From assembly GCA_900128585.1 (NCBI GenBank), contig LT642162.1:1-51563 (forward strand): a stretch of 51,563 nt of DNA, read 5' to 3'. Within the stretch, counting starts at the first letter, position 1. The number at the start of each line of letters is the position of its first letter. The DNA is from Stramenopiles sp. TOSAG23-3 (taxonomy: Eukaryota). Below are positions 33,401-35,402 of this stretch, piece by piece. Under the pieces are notes generated by a model that did not search any database, had not been told where the DNA came from, and was given only the letters and a program-made list of their open reading frames with translations. The position numbers and the translations under genes were made by a program.

Positions 33401-35402
33401 TCGACAATTTTGGTACCAATATGCTGTAATCGCCAGCAGCGGTAATGTTGGCCGTGATCGTGTGCGTGGTAAAATATTCCTCTTCGAACCCGAATGCCGT
33501 TAGGGACAAAATTTTCAAAAATGTTATTGTAACACCGGCCGTGGATGCGACCTCGGGCAATGAAAAATTGACGTAAAATTGTTCAGGGAGAAAATCATTC
33601 GCCCCGGGGGATGCGATTTGCGGGGGATCCGTTTGTGTATCAAACGACACTGTCACTGTCTGCTCCACCGCGTTGTTCGTCGCAAGATCTTGGAAGCTTA
33701 AAGATAGCAGATACACCCCTTTATGCACAAAATCGCCATCTGGCGAAACGCTAGCAACATCTGCTGAATCCGAAGCCAGCGTGCTGAGAGAAACAAACTC
33801 CACTTTGTGGTTCCCTGTTTCCCGCACTGAGTCGGCGAACGTGATTACCCGGGCGCCCAGAGAGTCAGACGTCGGCCCGGACTGGTATGTGCCGGTAAGC
33901 TTCAACATGTTTGGCATCGCATCCTCCAACAGCGTAAACTCGAAATCAAAATTACTCCGCAAAACGGCATTTTCAAGCGGCGCGGTAAGGGACGGATTCA
34001 AAGCGACACTATCAAAGACAATCTGTAAAAATGTACTCGCTTCCGCATTCCCAAATGCATCTGAATATGCCAATTTAAATACGTACTTTGCACCGTTCGT
34101 CAAATTGCACGGGTTCACTACCGAGGTTACCTGCGAAAGGTCCGCTGCGTCCTCTATTGGCAAAAACACTATGTCATACGTCCCTTCGTTATTCGTATTG
34201 AGAAAAATTTGCCTCGAAACAGAGGTCAATGTGGTGGAGCAATTGTCGTCAACCTCTTGGCCCGGAATCGGTTGTATTATTACCGAGACCGTTCCGGGGT
34301 CCGCGGGCTCTGGCAACCTAAATTTCAAATTGAAATTTACTGGCATTTTAGCCACCCCGTTAACGCCAGTCGCGGGTTTGATCAGCACAGGTGTTTCCGT
34401 CTGACCGTCCATCGTCAATGGGCCGACCTCGACAATTGCAACGTCGTTACCTAAGACATCGGCGTATTCAAATGTTAAGTTATAACTCCCACTGTGTACT
34501 AAGTCCACGGCAGGCGAGACAGAACTTGCAAAAAAGGTGGACGCCTGCGTCTCCGGGTAAAACATATCTCCCAGGAGCGACAGCGGTCGCAATGAAACTG
34601 TTATGGCACTCAAAGTAGTTTCCTCAAAGGACTCTGACAAAACGATTACCCTCTCGCTCGTTGCATCCACGGTCGTGTTGAGCGGCTTGATTTTCAATTT
34701 AATCGTGCTCGCTTTTGGCTCTTCTGGCACGGTGAACGTGATGGCAAAACTGGAGGAAAAGACATTATTAATATTTGACACTGTAAACGTCGGCGTTGTG
34801 GTTTCTGCGTCTGTCATTTTTATCGCGAAGAAGCTAACCTGTGTGTAACTTCTGGCACACCCGTTACCAGTGCCGCACTTATACTCTACCCTAAACAAAA
34901 TGTTCACACCGGATGGGTAGTCCACCACGGACCCTTGTTCCCCGGACAATGAAACCGTGTTCCCCGTGGTGGGCATGCCCGTCACGGTCCAGGTCGTATA
35001 TTGTTTTACGTCCAGAACGGCCGCCACATCCGCAGCAGCGGTCGCCAGAGAGGCCATTGTAAAGTCGAAAACGTGTGGATTACTTGCACTAGTTGGTGTA
35101 ATTTGATTGGCGGTGTTTGCCAACGTAATAACTGTCGTTTTGACAGCATCGTCGATAGGATCCAATATTATTTTCAGCTCCTCGGCGTGCTTCTTTAACT
35201 CCAGTTGTATGTTCAAGGCCCTTGCGACCGAGTTGGGCTTCGCAAACGTTGGGAACTGAGCCTCTATATAGTCTGTCATCATCGGTTGCGCCCGCGCTGA
35301 GTTCATAAAAAGTAAAAAGAAAATCGCACGCGCAAAATTCCAGCCGCGTGCTGTGACCGCCATCCCGCGCGCACGTCGGCGCCTATTTACTATTGCAGCC
35401 AT
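423..35402 (-). CDS. Giant (11,659 aa) secreted multi-Ig-like repeat protein with SEA, Calx-beta, LamG/pentraxin and laminin IV-A domains (putative adhesin or extracellular filament)
   Basis: 34,980-nt ORF without stops. N-terminus is basic, then hydrophobic AIFFLLFM, then an ARA|Q signal-peptide-like cleavage site. Three tandem repeat families and recognisable C-terminal domain motifs follow. Many NxS/T sequons; no C-terminal TM helix or GPI signal (ends ...YETNPLV). Confidence 0.95.
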   Translation of the reverse strand: MAAIVNRRRRARGMAVTARGWNFARAIFFLLFMNSARAQPMMTDYIEAQFPTFAKPNSVARALNIQLELKKHAEELKIILDPIDDAVKTTVITLANTANQITPTSASNPHVFDFTMASLATAAADVAAVLDVKQYTTWTVTGMPTTGNTVSLSGEQGSVVDYPSGVNILFRVEYKCGTGNGCARSYTQVSFFAIKMTDAETTTPTFTVSNINNVFSSSFAITFTVPEEPKASTIKLKIKPLNTTVDATSERVIVLSESFEETTLSAITVSLRPLSLLGDMFYPETQASTFFASSVSPAVDLVHSGSYNLTFEYADVLGNDVAIVEVGPLTMDGQTETPVLIKPATGVNGVAKMPVNFNLKFRLPEPADPGTVSVIIQPIPGQEVDDNCSTTLTSVSRQIFLNTNNEGTYDIVFLPIEDAADLSQVTSVVNPCNLTNGAKYVFKLAYSDAFGNAEASTFLQIVFDSVALNPSLTAPLENAVLRSNFDFEFTLLEDAMPNMLKLTGTYQSGPTSDSLGARVITFADSVRETGNHKVEFVSLSTLASDSADVASVSPDGDFVHKGVYLLSLSFQDLATNNAVEQTVTVSFDTQTDPPQIASPGANDFLPEQFYVNFSLPEVASTAGVTITFLKILSLTAFGFEEEYFTTHTITANITAAGDYSILVPKLSTAATSSALITSVAALPDEGGALSAPDLDLNEGTIYNVTVSYRDAVLNDANSATVGFIEFTGNATATPILTNPADESAVASSFNLSFTLPDIPLTGSIKLVLTAIQNDPVTVRTLTFVQNSAIEARGSHFMTFTNFHTAAADLAVVSTVSPQTELVDGAIYDLSLEYQDPVGNPKSSVTSRISFHGGESLPLRIISPANSSCLKTAFNFTFVLPEKAFEDSLKLTITPTGGKTDSAGARTIIFEEETAGVRTIAGGAFQQLSGLAGLADVKSISPATDLIDGGVYSILLEYRDAAQNDRSTAFLTGLTFCGDTTLDLATHDSWLLKHTLSGVVALPQNWTIGLRLPERALAGSLILQLTRVDGPADPYSPRTITFGPALEAAGGQDHTNFTFFDLGHYNDDSLAASTYLRDVQPRNHHLVDGTVYRFVLRYQDCASNSEVTQTRDLITYAGGSTLAPDITVPLIVGSPIPVTFIIPELAEPGSVTLKFLRTGGAEDGNGERLLVLNRNAEFALAYQLAIYDLTSLATTLAEYFTSVTPNVNLVDGGIYSISIEYADAGGNPPVEATVPNVLYAGSSTRDPTLFLPKPSSVVLEQIPILFNLPERAKAGTLKLVFDDTGGSVDSLAPHTLSLSSGLLDNGNKSFTLGALTSAVTDQAEIGSILNAVSKVSDLVHMTEYTVSVQYQDVVLNPVATDSATSVTFDVNTESIVFTRPGTQTAINTTFSFLYTLPENALAGSLKATITYASGNTDTAAARVIVFDTTVINAGTHSVSIGAFSDSASLSGIASLSPATDLVDGAIYDFALEYQDAPGNIKSSLTQSAVVFSGNATISPTLSLPASNTKVAQTFTLQFSIPEPPKAGTVLVAFSRTSGSVDNAGTRQMRFPSSIESVGTHAVSVTDLPSVASLSASIDSVAPTNSLVHGAFYTISCSYVDMAGNERAHALSTSVEFDTFTDPPAVSLPVSQTRVKVNFDFKFAVSETALPDSMSLVFTPAGGDDAGKRTLILNASFDSVGSHTIPMTNLSILAGQSSDIISVSPAIDLVDGVTYLIAMNMKDIVNNEEASSPTVVIVFDTFTRTPTLQSIGSNFPVKVAFQITFVLPEDALPGSVQLLFSPESGGEAYDSNGTRSVLFTSAGESAGTFTASSLMTGFSSAASSLSFIASVSPAIDLVHMSPYTVTLSYKDTANNDAAIDVVTGMVYDTFTETPTVLFPPDGSYVTTDFILNVTIPETALSGSVKMTFVADNLASHPTIADNGGTRTITFSSSVEQASSHQMQFTILSNLTNALAQVAAVGNANDFVDGMVYDFRLNYQDVATNDAAFSNTQRLYFSGQATIKPSMASPVGFVPVAFDVDFVLKENALSGSLKLLIVCVSTADEVPDFTTASRVVVFADSIGTFGSHITTINNLTTAAADNAAVVSVTPAQNLVDGAVYNFTLQYQDRAGNPIASFTQGRVGYSGNHTLTPTFKTPQTDEYISDIFLISFKLPETPKPGTVQMIFRPENALSVIQDTTAARVVTFSSQIETVGSHNITTAVFTTFKDSGKVASISPAVNLVDGVKYTVVLSYRDSVGNPAASVQHDRVTYVGTFTQPPTTTEPLAYDRVPAAFLLAFTLPEDPLSGTIKLIVTPASSLADGNGPREFILSNRLQGTFEVTVHGDNFQTMKNNNDIVSPVPSDLLIDGVDYSVQVSYQDRGGNDAAVVTNNLVHFDTTRPRFVTADINLSTGILILGASETINLDKTDRSAYYGVNQSVQLGQVFIGNTSGSGALLSLDDGVYVPSDGTSITITLTEADRVSAIEQSGSPGGDGSALIVDVLSTAVYDLATNPSAVSPGLAVTESPDVIRPFITGVIVNYDNGDISFNISERVDLTPADKVASSKLYLSQSTSSQTVLLAGSDLLTTADSTSFTIRMLEAVRAQAIAISGTPGGDGGSAVLDVLGGFILDIGQVNNQAVAGINVTELPDVTSPIVQSVTISLDDNAAAGGRALIFTCSETVDVTPTSNINVSAFAFSEHGADTIVSLEGASTLASADGLTFTIIITEEQRVHAVRGSNTPGGDGSAINTVANSGAFHDIGVVFNERQNITVTEIEDQRSPGLSGVQNIDYGTGVISLSFSETIDVDHASVTPGSVYVLETSSSSLASGVRLTVNTMTTTDATIVRFKLTEEQRSAAIKLSGTSGFSTAAVLRIYGNTSFLDLSGNKFNKAGSLIIDTFNETADVQAPTVLTCSLNFSTGLMILTFSEIVNFDARIGAPVAGELHLNRINIANVSGTHSSGKGTFYHSRDHDFISLATTGTHAKSIFVNGNDNEGSVVTIQLQEEQRIMALAISGQPGGDGSGLFIDFDSATIADIARNEMDEQHGLQITESPDVVPPNVIGSVNLDLNTGTLTINADETIDANPTSLVDLGRIYIENITGDNFVSLTGAKHVVASETKTLVVTLNEEQRVHAIEKSATPGGDETALFLKVQNKALVDMAGLRMQSIFTGGITEVPDTTVPIVLSASINFSTGIVILNVSETIDSTPSTLVDPSQLQFKHADGLSYALTAATVTALDATTVTMKLTETVRAKTLRISGMRGGLYSKSGVVMDPSTAAIQDIAGNANPAQSNVTVTEIEDTKTPTILSCAVAYGTGVLTITADETMRSDLVNVSRIYLSNSDGLKEINLEGAQVLGPAIDSTPSYTVTIQLTELQRVLAIAKSGTPGGDNSAVVADFDAGAVGDVGTNLADETTGITVSETADAILPAVLSSRVNYSTGTVVIVSSETIDSTPTTQVDTSKFFLSRTSGGKDISMAGSTIVADDETSITLILQDEVRRARAIQLSGTPGGDSSSLLLDVEAGGLQDIAQNDNADTFGLPLNETADTIPPRIIKGAFLSLGDGVLVIQASETILNSTVSVNGMRVVNRTGESDIALTGAKILGSHGSTTNFTIQLTELQRVTVIAISGTPGGDGYPTVLDIDASQVTDVALNLNTAGASVNVHEVPDSIIPFLESAEINLGTGILKLFASETIDSTPSSLINASGVYISNATGARTVPLLGATITASDASIITLKITESQRVSAIEMSAQPGGDDIASVVDADIGSMFDIGKNPLAFNGGISVTEIPDTIPPTLVSAVVDLGLYTLIFEMSETIDVTPASNVDSSKVSVLNASASLALNGSRLVGAYASGADSFHVTLHLTESQRTNILYKSKTPGGDYSGTVMKLFPSCIHDVAQVKNSIIEFVNLTEIADSVPPSLYSASIALSHGYLTIRATETLDLSPFTVAKFNISKFYLSESIGSQNVSLHGSTVIANGYDMEYVVVELTEEQRVAAILMSGTPGGDGDAVFVESEIASFTDIGQLKNVNASTVIVNETLDSVAPSITNATLKFGLGTLVLTASETLLLSSQQHVNFSKIVIRNDDSDPGIRLTGASVNEYNALKATINLLETQRIPLLYVSGVPGGDGTAVRIDFEHGAFLDVGLNPSNLVENFTAFEEPDNIPPKIESGSINYTDGVLRIKADEYIDSTPISLVNLSLIDLADISQDRAVRLNGAGIVSKDGEVLTLILTELQRAKAIALSAVQGGNGGATILDTFPGSLTDITGGNRISSLTATSLTEVADSRRPTLGSGEIDYNNGKLTLNASETLDVDNAPTASGFNLSLAYISDQTTFFNVSLGASSMINVDGTMITIMLTELQRVRSIAISGTPGGNGGAIVLDAYEGFVQDVGRLNAFQKFDISINEIPDTTPPVVLSAQMNYSTGVLKVNVSEFVDLSPTSNLNLDNLELANSTGEVNPSSNVLSLSSSTIIGSDSSIITLQLSESERVKTLAFAGVDSLYSDTVAAVLTVYAGAFQDIGTTKNSVNQSLTLQEIPDTIIPRAHLATVNYSTGVITIANSETIDVTPSNRVNFSHIFVSNVTGDKKIPLTDSELVSVVDGLNFTFRMSEPERVASIENSGTNGGDSIPVTLSLERKAYHDIGLNGVEEILALHVIEIGDTVPPLGLSASIDYGTGVLIINTTETIDTTPVSNVDVARIYIGDSSAYKNISLTGLQVTPLDALFITIQLDEVARIAALSISGTPGGDGDPAFVNIDPVTFKDIAQNHILQSQSFSLDETADEIKPTFVSGSLNLSTGFMLLYFSETIRTTPSSLVKLVDMALPNRTSVLSDLLLTGAIVTEENNRDKSVKMLLNDLQRVTAIRRSDQRGGDGVSLFLNINQNAVVDMAGNGVVAKTSTIAQYADVVDPFVRTITLNMTNGKMVLNISEIVDVGSLNVSLVAFMNKTTGSHEVILSGADVMPGDSYLATIMLTESQRVKAIEASATPGGDGEGIFSTVYNGAFQDYGENFVNLNANLAVEEIPDIENPRLLTANINYGTGIIIVESSETLDLTPNTLLNLGNCFIENVTNDQSIVLTGASVTGVDAESITIELLETQRVLAIALSGTPGGDGVRAILRVRPSTVRDIAQNENSDEFVLSLIETKDSINPGVLSAEVFFTSGTIIIFANETIDTTPKSLVVLQDIFLTNDGSSNGITMSGADVIASDQETITLIMPEVTRVGAIEASGTPGGDGGKQSMTFLAASIRDIGTNVLPRNFQGVDLTEFADNGRPVIQLVELNYSTGELKIRANETLDANPSSLVNISKLFLSDASSQRDISLLGSSPLTGQDKVITIVLTELQRVQGIAISATPGGDAGAAVMDFDTGALQDIGTNSLSEILGVSITEYRDSIIPVVFNATLNFSDGVMIISCSETIDMTPAGNVNLGKIFLSNTTGSKDLVLSGANIITTDGLLITLVLDIDQRASAIAMSGTPGGDGATLVLDLEAGALIDIAQNPIVDTPNLYLNEIPDTIPPAVLDVSVNYSTGLMLINTSDIIDITPKDRIILNRLKIKNNSDENGIILTGAEVTQQDSTIISVILTELQRASAIQISGTSGGDSVAALIHVLSGAFTDIGLVDNPFASLVLEESPDIVRPVPQKLRLNFTDGIVELDASETIDISPSSNFDGSKVEIRGTNGGAPGVKFSAATISGSDDTTITFQISEQERVDAIRFSAEPGGSNVPKIKLYGSGLRDVAENFNIEVDNVQLVTFADILAPRVVNVSVDYNNGEVLLQGSETLLAGLTNLSIIDIHDDGMRFSLSGNPVMPDQGVANAPVTVFLSEVQRVAAIANSGTPGGDTTAVLASVSEGGLFDIGLNPNKPHINLTVRETADTTLPLLNGESYLNYSTGTLILNFSETIDVSPTTRVQLTLMSILQQNGSVMVPDLSGAGVDGNDRTLVTVHLTEAQRASAHIYSGSTGGVGSALQIRVNASAVHDIALNDLQTTTIVLTEFDDLVIPTVLNVSLNYGTGLLEIFMSEVIKSVSYVDLSKLFLENTVSSGDIVLSSIDTRKFVATERITVSATASVTRSTTISIQLTERQRVTALYASAMAPNGDGGGILFRGITDAIKDIGLNSIPITQNLNVIELADAVKPSIISSEIDFNTGRLILYGSEFLDNTPSTNLNLARVFMIDTNSGIDGDMSPLSLTGATVEAGNNNTLALVLTETQRVRCIQASGTPGGDGTALKLTVLEHAVSDLSNNLNINSSNVFVKEINDTRVPTIDRVILDLDSGVLSLFCSETIDITPATRVHINDISLVDSATGSDVVLFSLANSNLLSTSDATSVNITLGPFERVAAIANSSFLDGTPLKLHANAVLSDIALNYNLNSQILAIEELEDVTPIVTLHADLDYNDGLLAIHFSEPVDITPLALINLTLIKLVNRSGDANIVLQNCIKESIIDHFNFTLRLAELDRVELIVLSGTQGGDGSAVVLDVLAGAVRDIATNLNEANLNIVVNETADTTRPQLVSGLIDYNDGMLTLNFSETVDTTPRNFVDLSKFVLVDNSPAGNSHGNAGTFVPLANSLTISNDTQTLLQIRLSEAERVTALSFSATPGGVHTAGTATKIDLEVGACRDVATNLNVETVNLALEEVSDTTRPSALVASVRLTDGVLVFENTETLRFSTLNFSAAFFSNSSSIAEFTLLGATVVQDNLPSITVLLKEAMRARAVEISATSGGDGLAAVLNLEDSAIKDMAGNDIFVAALTLSESPDVGEPILISATVALTTGVVTMTFNETIDMTPITLTNFGKMFITNDAYGGDILIQGAKEFADDSVTISVVLTEAQRVLAIVRSETPGGDGVAAHLHTEASACVDLAGNNNSAFDVVLIEHADTGTPFLFNATVDYNNGEIIMFFNETIMASPASMVNTTKLVVVNATNSQLVLYGSVATVENKTFVNVTMTEQQRVIAIAMSGTAGGDGAPISLTMNPFAVYDMAFNPNVLQTGVFVTETGDTTDPLVTNATLDFSGGTLTITSNEFFDTTPKSLVNLSRIIVVNQTGDGSLPLNGADVLSDDGFKLVLKLTELQRVTALRIADVKGGDGTQLKVDILRGAFFDVAGNSNVPELNRGILEIEDVINPTIDSASFNYSDGMLVIHTSETIDTTPKSNVVLEKIWLAQRTSLNATFNAAYDNYTYTTLSNPERVSLVGAEVVENDRTSVTIMLTIHQRAQLQYWASTPGGDGQAVVLDNLPGSFHDMSYLPVIGKVNLTVIEFADIVPPEITSVVIDIGTGVTVITFDEHVKASSLNMTQLIIAQSAGALSEHAYRLGNMALLSPDGNVINFQMTEQDRVAAFYMSSDYDNFSQILHVETGAVVDLGLVAIQNRDGINVSEIPDRFEPLLQNATIDYNTGVLTFIFNETVDVTPQPIVNLSGIRIVDKTGLSGGLAGATVYQTDAVTISILLTEQQRVTAIQTGLKQITAESLQRDQDEDYGNRFVGPGGDSDANILDFYQGAIRDISKNEATEHLNFYLREIPDHTPPVVTLVQLFFGTGKVVFSFSETIDMTPPSDFFIKGEGVDLIQFNALSFALFVPLDVATVEAADATNITMVVPEARRVQLIKGSGTPGGHGTPVFFSGSRGAFFDMAHNFNPSMSGVTVLEYPDDVSPTLDSAVLDLNVGILRIIASEPMRVTFLNTTQFILTNDNSTSFEITGSEILQRSEERTTNITLPESLRANLVQYTATPGGDGVPLTLDVLENGMQDMGLNPNIAALNLSMVEIGDITPPVVTGAELKLSEGVLILNMSETIDAEVGGRLTQFNYPGVPYPINLAKIFISNSADNNDVGVSLVGAAIGNISSTTLTFNLTEVQRAALIVISGTSGGDGSPTVLNLQAGAFHDMSINDNEPVSGIPIVEHPDTVQPFILAARFNFGTSVLRVESSETLSTVASKQRFDLAFLRNISLKVNDTNSVNLDGSEILRAELDFFELKIPEVSRVQMMYYSGQSIGDGTPLVLDVGEGAFKDLAENNLIAVNGLPVIETSDVIKPALSSAATINYADGTMRVAMTETLDRTPIEFTDLDKMFLGNVSNDSAVPLSGASIVAVDTTLFTITLTELQRVNAIAMSATPGGDGSPLIFDMLAKAVVDLSSNLNDDSFNNTLVETRDYILPFLESGSINFSDGRLILKASETIDLTPKTNVNLPDARFVDNHDGSGTSAAMNSATFDEVDSTVVTLTLSEEERVNAYRISSRVGGDGTNVFFKCNPALFKDIAQNPLNGTNILLLDEINDTSTPFVQNITLNYSTGTLSLFVSETIDLVPLANIRLETINISDNAGSILPSKTFDVNDSFVTAADATVINILLSESTRNAAQRMAGTPGGDGSPVVLELAHNSFFDLGLNPVMETVGIVYELPDIVAPRAISGAINYTTGTMVIEFSETLGVGGGLIDLSKAFLANYEPVIYEFVGLAFRRFESDPAQSGFNAFVLDWDANEMEDYADTTTYPSCSVCSASYSGMQVELTGMRYVRSISTLEPSRLVSGGEYMQFQHLLGSFALRNEEGSMTVKVSGIKSGIYTLHSFHHGARSQTGFDIYLSDYNGSWTKRLVASNFIGSYGATVDGSAYVTDIVVNDNNITNSFELEFKKLNSMGGLVSWDNAIPFNGFHLQEKVFPQPIFGNHVEGVSLVGAEVITSETATVSFTLTERQRAAAIKLSGLSGGDGVATMFELLAGGVNDLGLIENKAIPNVTLTEHADILVPTMLNATLDLNLGEIRFRGSEIIAASPAEHLLGSLIAVKNFTSAACFEVFHPAEIIPRRPEPEETSSEIPSDYNVTKNWTTVYFNVSVISVGSKTMSTNGTNGTGLTLNNTNGTTGNTTADMEFVFVINGVAQQNITLVRGYRYVFRFAQTALGNFEIMFPNTLSNSSLNQSDYNQTEYYVSGVEVSNVTTIFEVPLTAPNVLHYGNKNMKGGKISIINGTTPNVTNVQLVPIVKNTEWYGVTADSPFNITVRGVRLTNQTRVAIVQGYGSCSENVLTSVGYGFNVSGNSTNKVDVTSLGPIDISFNGTALQFGPLAIATPQNYSICVKTSLNASGSSFAQGGTDGAGIIRTFAKSYYTTDCSQYINLNGSATKPVDGSEVTIQMTEIQRIRVIAIAGVSGGDGIPALVDLSPGSYRDVAQNFGPSLTLDGIQLREIPDTVGPVLDSVTIDFGYGTVTLKFRETVDITPMSNINFTKLFIVNTTGSADVSLVGATGSAGPVIGEGILDSMVAILHMQEFQRIKATRISATGGGDGTPTRLDLFPAAILDYSGNPAPAQFDVAVIEIPDTVPPTIDSAVLDLNDGTLVITASETLDLASPTSIADLSKLFLQNTLQDTIPLQGAFIYRNDSQSVTVILTETQRAGALRGSATVGGDGTALLIDVYANAFLDIGANPNLQSGNRSVTEIPDSTQPFLLSATIDFGYGTLLLDCSETVNKLYTLNLSALYVSNTTGSRDLNFEGAVPIESSETTLKLKITEPQRLQATFYSGTKSGDGIPSTFMNDVGALYDLALNPMNAVSSVNLTEIRDTVPPFLVSVRLELGTGTLYLVASETLKTVHQSIESDTMMQFDNENPNIFLNLSSAKLSNASVGASDEELFNVAYVDLEPASFQPKFTLTITILLTESQRADAVRLSGTPGGDGNATVLSLPEGALKDLEELTSNATIAVAVTEIADNILPNVSRVILDYSLGVITFMMTETMDITPVSNVALAKLFLSNSSGNRTIPLDGKSSSVTGEEGTNVTIALDEGTRVAAVRTSSFSPNGDGSTPVVDVLAGALIDIGQNEILAATGLEVLEIPDRDAPIITIVSLNYSTGDLQFFFDETLDITPISRLDVGAFAFSDTLIVASPLFALDGLGGAAIVSDIADTDILKFDLNEEQRNALLVYSGVPGGDGTAAAIGFESDTFVDLFLNGNNKSSIHLTEHPDVVPPTLVATTIYLGEGGAGCGFLRCGLVTFRFSEYIDLNTSHVDLTKAFFGNSNNATEAYDISLTGAIVTNIEKYELNVTLTEKQRTEIIAISGTPGGDNISVVMSILDGFVADRSGLRMRAVSGQEVLEFADHLKPNVTHVILDLNDGKITVTADETIDVTPRDKMLFGRMFFANNTGDKAVPFTSDTKLLMPNGDEPVVIFQLTERQRANTIAISGQSGGDNIAALFDVVEGALRDVAQNTISNTSLTAVEVPDTTPPVLHRVEYNYMTGVVSFVCSEIVDLTPTSRVNFTAFRIVDWLGGYITDMRISENATLDMDDNATFHIKLEPYQRWATLDVGDYRHAEEQKGTDVPGIDDALQIEVDAGAFTDIALNPVNRTNTSMTDPTKSFVIRYIGETVVFKGSNEHAVVNYTKKWYFNGTGINKVPGMLDTAKWVPYSFTTKSHCGSGDQYARGDLVGPSVTDGGAFRVLFGGAPIAFTTPLIDHTQPYKLCYMFGDEPWKLFDVFVYVNHLTQVLKTTVGVSGQASVGETKPFKVTGYGPKFGDRVNWARFNAQLDEECNTAPNLTTNMHNMIPGTNFVGDQVQNDLTFTVNFTQPSVVYLPHKLCYGFGIEPLKLYHGAETSVHAKSVQETTSQYSIVNVNISVTVFSPHITGFNARYGDVGEVDPLVKDRIKWVVGVERDDRFQNLQAYDNINCNDGPAPGTHIAFVTRNPTLPIGVAQFLFTVPYDDGTGALQPVDAAYVGTRLRLCYAFGSEDFHLYYGQTMLPILPRMDNASANVAVQGVDKTVTFSGSLGITTGDRTKWVKSTDSCDTLGFGGMNDVETKVVGGDDPRTYATYTFDDALLDGHLLTLCYQFGDGPFVPFRHITMQIKRIDNVTLMEGSSVDTLVGAPLTMFVDGIGIMDGDTIVLVPSGFGCDAIPAGGSSPGTVSERKASFVFDSEAADISLCYQFQDEPFKAYPDIPLVKKVPEAEEVAINQRVLEVKLSLTLDIDVTTITSDPTFFTDPMLPARIEFETSFKSDLSSVLGITPSRIVINSISQGSIVIDFTILPSLDGSEVMAEQAALILEEQITDPNSPLNTSPTMILIQTIDKVKTVLPLPIVVSISTLPEVVAAQNESAFAINVLQFQTSGLFSFMLEETVVVENQEIVNITVVRNHGTAGVVRVGVKSIALTANPRASNSTDTYDYEDIELVVNFTEGEASKTVSVILNDDATYEKTFETVSIQLSLQPNEGALTYGSSALGSQKETILKVYDYGDGATAVASSFNATGGYLSYLQGWGIIGNGVHSPVWVDDKGLYSVDQAFMGRLSSRPLCEAGVSVESAIILQCDIPCDATNTTTSYSENPSVFADPTFTAPMDFNGSGYVASAGAIHDFPDSDITVSMWIRTTDVQSAGTLLAFYPSNATNTSLVDATTGATIPFYEFALYDQRALRLAVADHSDLTWRHPTVETGVAVNDGTWHHVALTWASNTGAVQLWVDGANKFSHSGGYRTDHVMQRQGTLVIGNSIVGNCDGPKQYPCDLLSWKRGFTGVLQNIRVYTEVLGASGVLDDLRWPFVGASNLQLKIYWRTTAATFVNGAPNASVVNGASGSMEKYSTVQRGAHAGVLSIGGVAPMNTATVRTPCVEDDIWYFKAPPAFVGDISYMYNGRLQFEMMAPAAAGYARSRNGMVYLTGGNGMTLGNSMVGFGPPTSSGWSPYSIPFREDQGWSHFDDLNAVTFKQFRTVLANVTGVYFRGDDRVCSSLEEGEEAVYINNIRYETNPLV
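440..843 (-). other. Laminin IV type A (Laminin_B) domain, C-terminal part
   Basis: WYFKAPPAFVGDISYMYNGRLQF...VYLTGG...W..YSIPFRE..GW.....VTFKQFRTVLANVTGVYFRGD.....VYINNI matches the Laminin_B consensus. Confidence 0.82.
1010..1650 (-). other. LamG/pentraxin-like (concanavalin A fold) domain
   Basis: MDFNGSGYV...ITVSMWIRT...GTLLAF...VNDGTWHHVALTW...VQLWVDG...GTLVIG...FTGVLQNIRVY. Confidence 0.88.
1950..2327 (-). other. Calx-beta domain
   Basis: GLFSF..ETVVVEN...VNITVVRNHGTAGVVRV....TA....DYE....VNFTEGEASKTVSVILNDDATYE..FETVSIQL...LGSQKETILKVYD matches the Calx-beta consensus. Confidence 0.85.
2470..2775 (-). other. SEA-like domain with autoproteolysis-type GSIVI motif
   Basis: VKLSLTLDID...RIEFETSFKSDLSSVLGITPSRIVINSISQGSIVIDFTILP resembles the SEA fold pattern and the G|SVVV cleavage consensus (G at about 2592-2594). 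Confidence 0.7.
2830..4510 (-). repeat. Type-C repeats, 5 copies of ~100-115 aa with two conserved Cys
   Basis: G.G...GD..KWV...C ... LCYxFxxEP pattern: KLCYMFGDEP, KLCYGFGIEP, RLCYAFGSED, TLCYQFGDGP, SLCYQFQDEP. Confidence 0.85.
4560..28286 (-). repeat. Type-B protein repeat array, about 59 copies of ~120-125 aa, Ig-like (Big_5/SbsA-like framework)
   Basis: Recurring DTxPP....A.I(N/D)YSTG.L.I..SETID.TP ... L.GA ... LTExQRV.AIA.SGTPGGDG ... D(I/V)AxN ... E. Manual count of ExxR..GGDG motifs gives 59. Copies are strongly diverged at DNA level. Confidence 0.88.
28287..34810 (-). repeat. Type-A protein repeat array, about 17 copies of ~128 aa, Ig-like beta-sandwich
   Basis: Recurring T..P.L..P ... 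F.LPE.A..GS..L ... SVSP..DLVDG..Y...L.Y.D..GN. I counted 17 terminal Y/FxDxxxN motifs from YADVLGN to YQDRGGN. The DxxGN end motif is typical of bacterial Ig-like (Big) domains. Confidence 0.85.

Noticed and set aside
588-35198. Many 60-240-aa plus-strand ORFs opposite the giant gene
   Set aside because: Antisense shadows of the repeat-rich coding strand; they repeat the mirrored SPPGVP motif and show no independent domain signal.
423-35402. Calling the giant protein PKD1, laminin or ADGRV1
   Set aside because: No REJ/GAIN/PLAT or TM segments, no laminin EGF repeats or coiled coil, and no 7TM domain; only individual domains are shared.
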